Positions 55,226-64,000 of a DNA stretch of 64,000 nt are shown here, one piece after another. The DNA lies in NCBI GenBank assembly GCA_000002445.1, contig AE017150.2:416001-480000 (forward strand), read 5' to 3'. The notes under the pieces are model-generated. The model had not been told where the DNA came from. It did not search any database and saw only the letters and a program-made list of their open reading frames with translations. Source of the DNA: Trypanosoma brucei. Taxonomy: Eukaryota. Numbering within the stretch: the stretch's first letter is position 1; the number at the start of each line of letters is the position of its first letter. Both the position numbers and the translations under genes were made by a program.

Positions 55226-57475
55226 TTAAATCTTACCTTTGCCACACCATCGGCCATCGAATGTGTAGCGCACAGGATCCAATCCAGCGAATCGGTACCA
55301 GTTCTCCACCGTTCGCACTCGTCCCATACCGTAGCGATCCACGTCGATTGTCACCGCCGGATCTGTCGTATTTACCGGGACTTTTGGTACCGTCTGCCCC
55401 TTTTCTCGTGTCTGTAGCAGACACTGGATGCGCTCCCTCGATCGCAAACGCAAACTGGACCAAAGAGGGTTGTTATTCCACACCTTCGGCTGATCATTAC
55501 GGGTGTACACATGATAACAGATAGTACGGTTGGGGGAGTGGATATCATAGCCATGAGTCCACAGCCGCACGGAATACAACACTTCTTCACCATCGAAGGT
55601 ATTGGGGAGATGAGGATCGAGGGGAACCTCACGCATAATAGAACCTCTAGCGAAGAGAAACCCACCCGCTGCCCATGGCTGTGGCAGCGGTCGACTGACA
55701 TCCGCGTCTGGTTTGCGACCGAAACCCTTAGCGGCATAGCGCAAAACCCGCCCTTGGTGGGAGAATTTGTTAACATTTTCTTCATTAACAAGAATGCCTC
55801 CTAGCCGAACATATCCATCTGATTCAATAAATGAAGCACGACAAAGGTAAACAGTGGTGGTCCGTTCATATGTGAAATTTGAGAGCTCCTTTTCAAATCC
55901 CTCAGGGTAGTGGGAAAGAACAATCCGTGGGTGGCGTAAGTACATATGCATAGCAACTACACGTGAGTCCCAGCCATAAACGAAACGTGTGTGCGAATCC
56001 AGTATAAGAACATAGTCCTCTCCACGGTACAGCAGCATCGTCATGTAACGACCATACGTTGGCCCTCGGGCTGCATCAGGTGCAATGTGCCTTAACCTAA
56101 TGTTGTCCATTGGGAAACACAACACATCACTGAAGGCAGCCCTTGCACTTGCCGTGTCGGATGCAATAGCGGCAGAAGGACAAAGTGTGGGCTGAAACAA
56201 ATCATATGACAGACACGGCGGGTCTGACTTGTTGTGTTGCTCTGCTATACCAACGTACGTACGAAACATGTTTGTCGCGCGGTGCACCACCTGCTGCAAC
56301 GTCGAGTGGCACTCCACGTCTCGAAAACTCGCTACACTCACAAATATGGAGGCTGTATGAGAAGGCGAGAAGGATACGGCGTGCTCTTTAATTTCAGGAT
56401 TCTCAGGACTGCTCCCGCTATGGTTAGACACTTGCGCACCTTCGTATGATTGCTGCAATGACGACTCGAATGGTTCCATCTCTTCTCCATAGTAATCAAG
56501 TGCCATGGTATCGAACCATGCAGCGACCGTGCTAATAGTATCAGGAGAAAAGGATTGCATCCGGTGAAAACGCCGTAGTGGGTAATAAAACCGGCCCTCC
56601 ATTACTGAGGGAGCTGAAATTCTCTTCCGCCTCCACCACAGACGATCAGCAGACGATATGGAACGCGTGGGTTCCTCCTTAGCGAAGAAGGAGAGAAGTT
56701 GCAGGTAGAGAATATCATCAAATGGCTCAAAGGCCTCTACTTCCCCCCTTTCGATATCGTGGCTCCCCGTACTGTCAATGCGCTGTGAGCGATCGTCGTT
56801 ACTTGCACCAAACTTTTCCTTAACAAAAAATGCAGCACGATCTAATCCAACGTCTGGGTCCAGCGTCATGATGTCTTGTATTGTCTCCCGTAAGTCGGCC
56901 AGCACCTCCGCGAAACTACGTTGAGACAGCGAGGTACCGTTGGAGACCCGCGGTTTCTCACTTGCATATTTGGACTTTCCCTGTGGTACCCCGGAGTCAC
57001 CAACATTACCGTTATCACCGGCATTCTCATCATCGCCATGGGTGCTCTTCGAGACGCGTGCTTCCATTGACCGTTGATACGTCGATAAAAATTCCAGTAA
57101 CGCCGTCGCTTCACGATCGGAACCAGTTCGCATTATTGTGTCGTACAACCTGCGTATCTCGAGAAGGGCAGATTTGTCAGGGTCCTCCACAATGTGCGTT
57201 TTTGAAGAGAATGCATCAATTGTTGACCACCCGTCACTTCTTAAGAGGATACACAAAAGCACCACGAACAATACTATGAACAGCAGTATGAGCAGAGCGA
57301 CAACAAAAAGTAAAGCATAAAGCAATGGACTCTCATTGTTGCGTTTCGTGAAGTCCCCAACGGCATCATTGACACCCCTGAAGCTCCGGGCTAAGACACG
57401 GAGGCGACCAGGTTTTTGGGCCGGTGGCAGACGCAACTGATTTTGCCGCCTTGCACCACGCGAGGCATAATGCAT
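55226..57475 (-). CDS. GT60-family-like glycosyltransferase (UDP-GlcNAc:polypeptide alpha-N-acetylglucosaminyltransferase-like), type II membrane protein, 749 aa
   Basis: N-terminal transmembrane anchor (LLYALLFVVALLILLFIVLFVVLLCILL). GT-A-like first strand IFVSVASFRDVECHSTL, a hydrophobic strand followed by DxH (YVLILDSHTRFVYGWDSRV), and C-terminal blocks GGFLFARGS..VPLDP and RLWTHGYDIHSP typical of Gnt1/pp-alpha-GlcNAcT-type enzymes. ATG at 57473-57475. Confidence 0.6.
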   Translation of the reverse strand: MHYASRGARRQNQLRLPPAQKPGRLRVLARSFRGVNDAVGDFTKRNNESPLLYALLFVVALLILLFIVLFVVLLCILLRSDGWSTIDAFSSKTHIVEDPDKSALLEIRRLYDTIMRTGSDREATALLEFLSTYQRSMEARVSKSTHGDDENAGDNGNVGDSGVPQGKSKYASEKPRVSNGTSLSQRSFAEVLADLRETIQDIMTLDPDVGLDRAAFFVKEKFGASNDDRSQRIDSTGSHDIERGEVEAFEPFDDILYLQLLSFFAKEEPTRSISSADRLWWRRKRISAPSVMEGRFYYPLRRFHRMQSFSPDTISTVAAWFDTMALDYYGEEMEPFESSLQQSYEGAQVSNHSGSSPENPEIKEHAVSFSPSHTASIFVSVASFRDVECHSTLQQVVHRATNMFRTYVGIAEQHNKSDPPCLSYDLFQPTLCPSAAIASDTASARAAFSDVLCFPMDNIRLRHIAPDAARGPTYGRYMTMLLYRGEDYVLILDSHTRFVYGWDSRVVAMHMYLRHPRIVLSHYPEGFEKELSNFTYERTTTVYLCRASFIESDGYVRLGGILVNEENVNKFSHQGRVLRYAAKGFGRKPDADVSRPLPQPWAAGGFLFARGSIMREVPLDPHLPNTFDGEEVLYSVRLWTHGYDIHSPNRTICYHVYTRNDQPKVWNNNPLWSSLRLRSRERIQCLLQTREKGQTVPKVPVNTTDPAVTIDVDRYGMGRVRTVENWYRFAGLDPVRYTFDGRWCGKGKI

Positions 57476-57950
57476 ATCTTCAAAAGTAATGGGTTATTTT
57501 TTCCCCTTAATTCTCTTTTGCCTTCCTCCTTTTTCACGCGCTTGTTTGTCAGTATAGCCCGTAGAGAAGTGTTGATTTGTTCTTTTTGACGCCGCTGGAG
57601 GGACAACTGCGCTTCGCAGCTTCCACGGGTCGGGGTGATAAAAATAAAAATGTTTTTTTTTTGGACGCTTCACGCAAAGGAGTGATCAAAAAAAAAGTAT
57701 GGGATAAAAAAGTTACGGAGTGAAGAGCTGTATTGGTTTTAGGTGTCAAGTGGTCAGAAGAAAAAGTGCGTGCTGCTATGATGATTTAAAACCACTTAGA
57801 ACGCACCAAATGTACCCGAAGACATGTATCGCTGCAGCCGACTAGTGACCGACTATGTATAACTTTGTAGTGTTAAGCGGGGCGGAGAGTACCCCCAACA
57901 AACCAAAAATTGTGAAAACAAAACGGCAGTTCCCTGGCAGTTCCGATGAT

Positions 57951-60086
57951 TCACCTTCCCGCGAGAAGTGCACGGCTGCGCAGCCGCTTCATGCGCATGC
58001 CTGACGTCAACGAGTTCCTCAGCATTTCGTGCTCAACACCTGACAACTCCAATGCCCGCAGAACTCGCGCTGCGTCATTTTCGTGCAACCCTTCACCCAA
58101 CTCACACGCCCGTTCACCCAGTAATAAGTAAAAGTTTGTTTGCCCTTCCTGTCCTACACTACAGATACGACTCGGTGGGAATTTTGCGCCAATCGATTCG
58201 ACATGCCGTGTTAAGTCGCCATGGTACTTAAGCGTGGCGTAAGCAAGCAACACGCAACTCAGTTGGTGGCCTGAGAGTTCGTCAGCACGCAAAGCGCACA
58301 CAGTGGCGGCGCTCACAAGTACAGTCAGTGCTTCCATGGTGGTAATTTTATAGTACACGATAGCGCTGCAAAGAACGGCAAGTTCTTTCACACTGAAAGG
58401 CAACCTTTCTGGTAGTTGCGTGCCATTGGCATATTCAGAATAAGTCTGTTCCCTCCTTGATGTGCTGTGGTTAGAGGAGCCCGTACTGCTGGAAGAGACG
58501 GGGTGGGCAAAACATGCGAGAAGTGTCTGCGTGTATCCCTTTCCCACACCAAAAGGAATACGCAGTTCAGAAACGGGTGGGAGTGATGACACCGAAGTGT
58601 ACGAGTGCCGTTGTGAGGGTGAAAGCACAGGGGTCGAACAGACAGAGTGCATACACCACGATACGACACGAACTGCCCGAACGGATCCCAGTTCGCGTAA
58701 CGACCCCAATTTCGACGAAATACCGCGTGCGGACGATGTAGCGCCGTTACCTTCGCCATACAACTGTCGAACGCAGAACTCCTCCACGGACATGGGGGTT
58801 CCCGCGCTATTACACAACTGCAGTGTGTCCTCGGATGGCAGCGAAAGCATGACGCGCAAAAGTTTGAAGTAGTGGACTGGGTGAAAAGTTCCCTGCCGTG
58901 GTTCTGAGGACGAGGAGTAATGCGCTTTTGCCTCCCCACAAGAGCGTCTCACAAATGCAGAACTTCCTTCACCCATGCTTTGTATAAACAATGCCCGGAC
59001 TGCCTGCCTTACGACATAACCATGTGCAGTCATGGGCGTGTTACCGACCACTGTCACGATCCGACTGACGAGGTCAAGGAACTCCAACACGCAACTCTTC
59101 GGGACTTGTAGAAAGTGCGACGTAGTCAGCCGGCACGTGGCATCGCGTAGTTGGTGTAACCTTTGAAATCGCACGGCCTCAGACAACATCATTCGTCCAC
59201 CATTATCGTGCCCCCCACGACTTGCTCCATCACCGTCTTGATTTGGGCCATCACAACCGTCCTGAGCAGTTGCATGCCGCACCGCAGAGGCCCGAAGGGC
59301 GGCGAACACGTCACGGAGAGTTGACAGGGCCTGCCTGTACTCTTCACCCAACTGATTTTCTTTTGTAACTCTTATGCGCCGCTTAGCGCGCAATTGAAGG
59401 GAATGAAGGTCACGCTTACCACGTAAGTGAGGGTCATCAGCGTTCCTTCGTCCGTGACACTGTTGGTTTTCCCTGGAATTCCCGGTTTGGGCTCGACCAA
59501 ACGAGTTGCTGGGTTGCATACCACGTGCTGAGCCGCTATTTGTTTTCATCCCTTCCCTTCCACTTTGCCCATTCGCATCAGAGTTGCCACTCCCTTCCAG
59601 TGCGCATGGGACCGGTCGTACCTCAATGAGGTCTAACACATGACGTTTCTGTGCCGCGTTCACTTCGTTTTCTTCCCCTTGGCATTGTTGTCGCTGCTTT
59701 TGTTTTGTACAATCATTTGGATCGCAACCTGTGAAAGGGGCACTCTCCCGACGGATGAACTCCTGGAACTCTAAACGGCGCTGTTGATCCGCTGCATGGT
59801 GGAGACGCTGTTGGCTAACACTAAACGGTGAGAAAAGCCCATTGGAGGAGCAGTAAAATCCTCGTCGAAGGATGCTGCGACGGTGCACTACCATGTGCCT
59901 TCTCTCTGTTTTTTCTTCTGCCTCCTTCGCTTTATGAGGGTCGCCGTACAAACGTATCCAAAATGTGTATATCCTTTTGAATATAAGTGAAAAACAGAAG
60001 GGACTGTGTAGATCATCAACCGTTTCTGAAGGTAGGTGCAGAACAGTCAAGCGTTGTGCACATCCGGTCTTCACACACATGCACAT
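57951..60086 (-). CDS. Hypothetical protein, 711 aa (or 647 aa from the alternative ATG at 59894), with a C-terminal helical-repeat region
   Basis: ATG-initiated ORF on the unit strand. A polypyrimidine tract plus AG cluster at about 59900-60005 sits inside the 5' end of the ORF, so the internal ATG at 59894 (MVVHRRSIL...) may be the true start. The C-terminal 200 aa show leucine/alanine-rich helical repeats of the sort seen in FASTK/RAP-type organellar RNA-binding proteins; this is a very tentative comparison. Confidence 0.55.
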   Translation of the reverse strand: MCMCVKTGCAQRLTVLHLPSETVDDLHSPFCFSLIFKRIYTFWIRLYGDPHKAKEAEEKTERRHMVVHRRSILRRGFYCSSNGLFSPFSVSQQRLHHAADQQRRLEFQEFIRRESAPFTGCDPNDCTKQKQRQQCQGEENEVNAAQKRHVLDLIEVRPVPCALEGSGNSDANGQSGREGMKTNSGSARGMQPSNSFGRAQTGNSRENQQCHGRRNADDPHLRGKRDLHSLQLRAKRRIRVTKENQLGEEYRQALSTLRDVFAALRASAVRHATAQDGCDGPNQDGDGASRGGHDNGGRMMLSEAVRFQRLHQLRDATCRLTTSHFLQVPKSCVLEFLDLVSRIVTVVGNTPMTAHGYVVRQAVRALFIQSMGEGSSAFVRRSCGEAKAHYSSSSEPRQGTFHPVHYFKLLRVMLSLPSEDTLQLCNSAGTPMSVEEFCVRQLYGEGNGATSSARGISSKLGSLRELGSVRAVRVVSWCMHSVCSTPVLSPSQRHSYTSVSSLPPVSELRIPFGVGKGYTQTLLACFAHPVSSSSTGSSNHSTSRREQTYSEYANGTQLPERLPFSVKELAVLCSAIVYYKITTMEALTVLVSAATVCALRADELSGHQLSCVLLAYATLKYHGDLTRHVESIGAKFPPSRICSVGQEGQTNFYLLLGERACELGEGLHENDAARVLRALELSGVEHEMLRNSLTSGMRMKRLRSRALLAGR

Positions 60087-60782
60087 ACACGTGTGTTTAT
60101 TTATTTATTTTTACATGAAAATGTATTCGTATGTACACCAACACGGCTAAAAGTAAGCGTGTCCGTGCGTGCGCGAAGCGGGACAGTATTCGGAATTACT
60201 AGCATAAAATATGCCTGTAGCACGCACCCGTACACGTACAGAAGCTATAGAGCACCACTCTGAGGTAATTGCAAAAAAAAAATTCCTTTACCCCAAGCCA
60301 TCTGTTGTGTGAGGGCAGTGGCCAATTGTTTGAGAGAGCCATTTATTTCCGTTTCCATCAATCCAGTCGCCGTTAACGCAGTCCACCCCATTTTGAATCA
60401 ACCTTCCCTTTTTCTTTCTTTCATCCATCCGACCTCCACCTTCCTTTTTTTTCTCCGGTCATTCCCCTTCCCATTTCATCCTTTCCTCATTTTGTTCACC
60501 TTCACCTTCCACTTGCACTTAACCCCTTTCCACCCAACAGGGCATTTTGTGCTCACCGTACCTAAATGTGGGGAAATTATATATTCGAACGAAAGGAGAA
60601 AAACAACATGGCCTTCGCTCCCGAAACAAACACATTTGTGAGTGCACACAAACACACATGGTATGTATGTATGTATGTATACGTGTTCGTGTTTATATTA
60701 TTCTTCCTTTGTTTTGAGGCATGAAATTGCCCTAGGGAAGTGAACTGAACTCATTATTTCCCCCCTTCCTTCCCCTTTCATC

Positions 60783-60785
<3 letters not shown>

Positions 60786-60821
<36 letters not shown>

Positions 60822-60826
60822 CACAC
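60786..60826. repeat. (TA)n microsatellite
   Basis: atatatatatat... run in the spacer upstream of the 711-aa gene; (GTAT)5 lies nearby at about 60660-60680. Confidence 0.9.
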
Positions 60827-62292
60827 GCGAACACGCCCTCATCTCCTTTTCCTCCTCCTCCTTCTCTCTTTTTTTTTCTTCTGCGGTTTCAGTTCATTTT
60901 CCTTCTGAACGTAAATTTACGACCATCCTTTTATTTTTTCTTTTCAGGTGCGGTCGCAAGCGATAACTACTGCGCTCACAGGCAAGTACACTCAACTACA
61001 TGATAATGATGATAGACGTGACTGGTTATTGGCAAGACCGTATATTTAGGTTGGCGGAATATCATTGGATGGTGAAAAGGAAAAAAAAAGGGTGCGTTTA
61101 GGGGGAAAAACAAAAAACGTGCGCAGTATGCTAACAGATACAATTAAAAGAAATTTCAACAAACAAAAGGTACCTGAATGTGTAGGGCACCAGTCCGTCT
61201 GTGTGAGAAGAAATTAACTGTTCATACTCCATTCTTTTCTTTTTTTCTTTGCCTCTTTTTCTTCTTTTCTCATCACTCCTTAACTTCAATTGCACAACTT
61301 TCATCACCGCTGCATCTCCTCCACATATTGAGCTTTTGGCACAAGTTCCTGTTCTTATTTCTAAATCCATTTCACGCAATACAACAATGAGACGTGCCAT
61401 GGCAAAGTAATAAAAGAAATGATCACACATTTGAATAACGGCGGAAAGCGCATGAGACAAAAGAGGTAATCAACAAAACAAAACTGACACAAGCGTGCCA
61501 GTCACCAAAAAAGAACAACGACAACAACAACAACAACAAGAAAATCAAGGTAAGAATGGTGCAGCAATGAGGGCAAAAGAAAAAAAAAAAGAGACAAAAA
61601 ATATGATTGTTGCCGTTTCTCCTCTTTCCCTTCTTCTGTTTGCTGCGGTTCCGCCTCCTTCCTTTTTGCTTTTACTTGCATTTGACACCCTCAGTGGAAG
61701 GCATGAGGGGTAAAAAGGAATTGCTTATACATATTAGACATGTTAACATGTGGACAAACACTGAAAGAAAAAAAAAAAAGAACAGGGCTCGGAAAATAAC
61801 GAAAAACACACACCAGTCGAAGAAGATGATAGCGGCATATATATATATGTATATAAATAAATATTTATTTACATTTATTTATATATGTGTGTATTTCCTG
61901 ACCCCCTTGGAAAAGAAAGAAATCTGCCAGGTTCGGCTACAGAAGAACTACCGTGACGTTCCGGAACGTTACGGGGAACAGAGGGATAATAATAATGATA
62001 ATGATCATAAAAGATTGTGTGGGTGAATACGCCTGTGCGTAGAGAAGGTCACACGCACGAATAAAAAAAAAAAATGGAGGAAACAAAATGTTGCGGAAGA
62101 GAACTGGACTGCCGCCTCTCACTAGTGCGCGCAGCCCTTTCCTCCATTATTCGATCAAACAACAAGATAAGGGTATATAATTTAAACACTAAAACAAAGG
62201 ACGAAGAAAAAAAAAACAAGAACGCTAGCAGCCGAGGGAAAACAACCAAACAGCCAAACAAGCAGGGACATGGACGATCAAAGGCACTGCCA

Positions 62293-63411
62293 CTAACCTC
62301 TGCGCCTCGGGTACTGTTCCTGTGGGTCTCCCTGCAACACCTTGCGTACTGGATCAAAAAACGGGTGCTGCATTGCATCGTAGGCAAGAATTCGTTCCTG
62401 ATGATCGACCTGCAGCATTTTGTCAAGCAGGTCCAACCCATTTGCATCGCACCAATCTATGTTTCGGGTGGTGACGAATGATTTCCACGGCCTCTTTGGA
62501 TATTTTGTGGAAAGGGCCCTGTCAACCAGGTGTCGAGGGAGTGAAACATCATATTTTTGAACGTAGCGCATTATATCTTCTGTGCCGACTACGCTTGCTA
62601 TCTGATGCAGTTGGTCCTCATTATCTTCTCCACGGAAAAGAGGAAACACCCGGAAGAGTAACTCGGCAAGGACACAACCAACACTCCACATGTCCAAAGA
62701 GTAATCATAAAGCCGTATTCCCACAAGAAGCTCAGGACCTTTAAAATGTCGAGTCCCTACACCTAAGTTATACGCTTGGCCATGAATGTAATACTCTGCA
62801 AGGCCCCAGTCTACGATACGAAGCTTGCGGCGGCGGTGGTCAATGATGATGTTCTGCGGTTTGATGTCGCGATGAAATATTCCTCGACTGTGAGCGAAAT
62901 GCAGACAGCGCAGTATTTCATACATGTAATAGCGCATGTCAAAAGATGTGAGACTACCGCTGTTCATGAGAGTACGGAAGTTATCAGCTGGTTCTATGTT
63001 CTCTGTGACAAGCACAGGCGTATTCTCCTGTTCAACCATGACAACGTCAAGCAGCCTCACGACGTTTGGTCCCCCGCAGAGGTTTTGCAGGATAGTGATT
63101 TCCCTTCTTATTTTCTTTACCCTCACTGGTTTAAGGATCTTCAGCACACAAAGTTCCCCGTTGTGCCGGCTGCGCGCCCGAAACACCTCCGAGTATTTTC
63201 CACGACCAATTTTCTGCAGAAGCTCGTACGGCTCATCACTGTTGAACTCAAGTGTGGCATTCTCGTAGTCCCAATACTCCGGTGGCATCTGCGTATTAAC
63301 GTACCAAAAGGGATGGGCGTATCCGCTTTGGCCACTTGTCTCGGCCAGTTGACTGCTATTAGCATTCCCTAAACCCTTTTCAGTCGCCGCGCGACCACCG
63401 CTGCGGGACAT
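62293..63411 (-). CDS. CK2A: Casein kinase 2 alpha catalytic subunit, about 372 aa
   Basis: Diagnostic CK2-alpha features are present: YWDYEN...LEFNSDEPYELLQKIGRGKYSEVF (glycine loop), the basic cluster KKIRREI, HRDIKPQNIIIDHRRRKLRIVDWGLAEYY (DWG in place of DFG), GPELLV and DMWSVGC. The track ORF starts at TTG, so I trimmed to the first ATG at 63411 (MSRSGG...). Confidence 0.85.
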   Translation of the reverse strand: MSRSGGRAATEKGLGNANSSQLAETSGQSGYAHPFWYVNTQMPPEYWDYENATLEFNSDEPYELLQKIGRGKYSEVFRARSRHNGELCVLKILKPVRVKKIRREITILQNLCGGPNVVRLLDVVMVEQENTPVLVTENIEPADNFRTLMNSGSLTSFDMRYYMYEILRCLHFAHSRGIFHRDIKPQNIIIDHRRRKLRIVDWGLAEYYIHGQAYNLGVGTRHFKGPELLVGIRLYDYSLDMWSVGCVLAELLFRVFPLFRGEDNEDQLHQIASVVGTEDIMRYVQKYDVSLPRHLVDRALSTKYPKRPWKSFVTTRNIDWCDANGLDLLDKMLQVDHQERILAYDAMQHPFFDPVRKVLQGDPQEQYPRRRG

Positions 63412-64000
63412 GACGGCGCACAACTTCGAACAAATACACGTATATATGTGTTTGTATTAATATACCCCAGAAAGTTATGCCAGTGTGGTATGCTTTCTTG
63501 CAGTTTCCCCCCGTTCCTTAACTTTTTGGTACTTTGGTTTGTTGAGCGGCTCTTGTTCGTTATAATTCCTTTCACCTGCCCTAATCTCTTCTGCCCTTCC
63601 CCTTTCTGTTGCTGCTACGTACTTCACCCTTTGTACAGAAGAGTATGTTTATATATACGTGTATGCACGGGTGCTGACAGAATACTAAACGTTAATTACC
63701 TTCCCTCCGAATGATGCCAAAAAATAACACGAACAAACAGGACGCAGCTGCGGTAAGCAAAAGGCAAATAGAATTTAGGTACTAAACGCCACACACAGCA
63801 AAACAAACGTAGTTCAAAGTGCATTTGTGTGCTGAGAAGCTCGCACAAATGTTTTCAAAGGGTATTGTTTAGGGACAATGTTTCCCCGCCATTTCATCTG
63901 ATTATTACTGTTATGGTTGCCGAAATCCTCCTGCATCCGCAAGTGAGCCCGACAATTCACAGAAACTAAACCCACTAGGCTCAAAACCGAAAGCACGCTG

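Noticed and set aside
49081-63423. Track ORF start positions at 49081, 52505, 54065, 9169, 30204 and 63423
   Set aside because: On the sequence these start codons are TTG, GTG or CAC/GTG, not ATG, so the ORF caller used a bacterial start set. For a eukaryotic nuclear gene the CDS must begin at the first in-frame ATG downstream, and I adjusted the coordinates accordingly.
1-64000. Search for CRISPR arrays, IS elements, integrons, operons or defence islands (prokaryote-style novelty)
   Set aside because: There is no Shine-Dalgarno context, no short tightly packed ORFs, no direct repeats with unique spacers and no transposase or integrase motifs. The architecture is eukaryotic (kinetoplastid).

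Overview
This window looks like a single kinetoplastid (trypanosome-type) polycistronic transcription unit. Every convincing protein-coding ORF, 16 in all and up to 12.8 kb long, lies on the minus strand with no introns. The genes are separated by low-complexity inter-CDS spacers that are purine/A-rich on the plus strand (so pyrimidine-rich in the transcript) and studded with dinucleotide microsatellites. Spacers of this kind are typical of trans-splicing/polyadenylation regions. No rRNA, tRNA, CRISPR, transposon or bacterial operon signal was seen. Base composition is roughly 50% GC in coding sequence and AT-rich in spacers. Together with the gene content this suggests an African-trypanosome-like genome. 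From memory the DAC3 / ATM / CK2-alpha-prime neighbourhood resembles T. brucei chromosome 2, but that is unverified recollection.

Genes recognised from motifs, reading from high to low coordinates in the direction of transcription:
- casein kinase 2 alpha catalytic subunit;
- a hypothetical helical protein;
- a GT60-type polypeptide alpha-GlcNAc-transferase-like type II membrane protein;
- a small SRP9/SRP14-fold-like basic protein;
- a second, divergent GT60-like paralog lacking the DxH motif;
- a COG1/Vps51-motif protein;
- an ankyrin plus C-terminal RING E3 ligase;
- a large glycerophosphodiester-phosphodiesterase-domain protein;
- splicing factor SF3a subunit 2 (matrin-type zinc finger plus SF3a2 domain);
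- a 4277-aa ATM-type PIKK kinase carrying a CAG/CTG-encoded polyQ insertion near the FATC end;
- an importin-beta-family exportin-like protein;
- three hypotheticals plus one degenerate MsrB/SelR-like zinc-ribbon protein;
- a class-II-like histone deacetylase with a large acidic Ser-rich insertion.

The supplied ORF track treats TTG/GTG/CTG as starts, so several CDS were trimmed to the first in-frame ATG. The points most worth a second look are the SRP9/14-like protein, the active/inactive-looking GT60 pair, the MsrB-like pseudoenzyme candidate and the 4.5-kb gene-free low-complexity tract at 31986-36559. All homology calls here are by-eye motif recognition and need HMM or structure-based confirmation.
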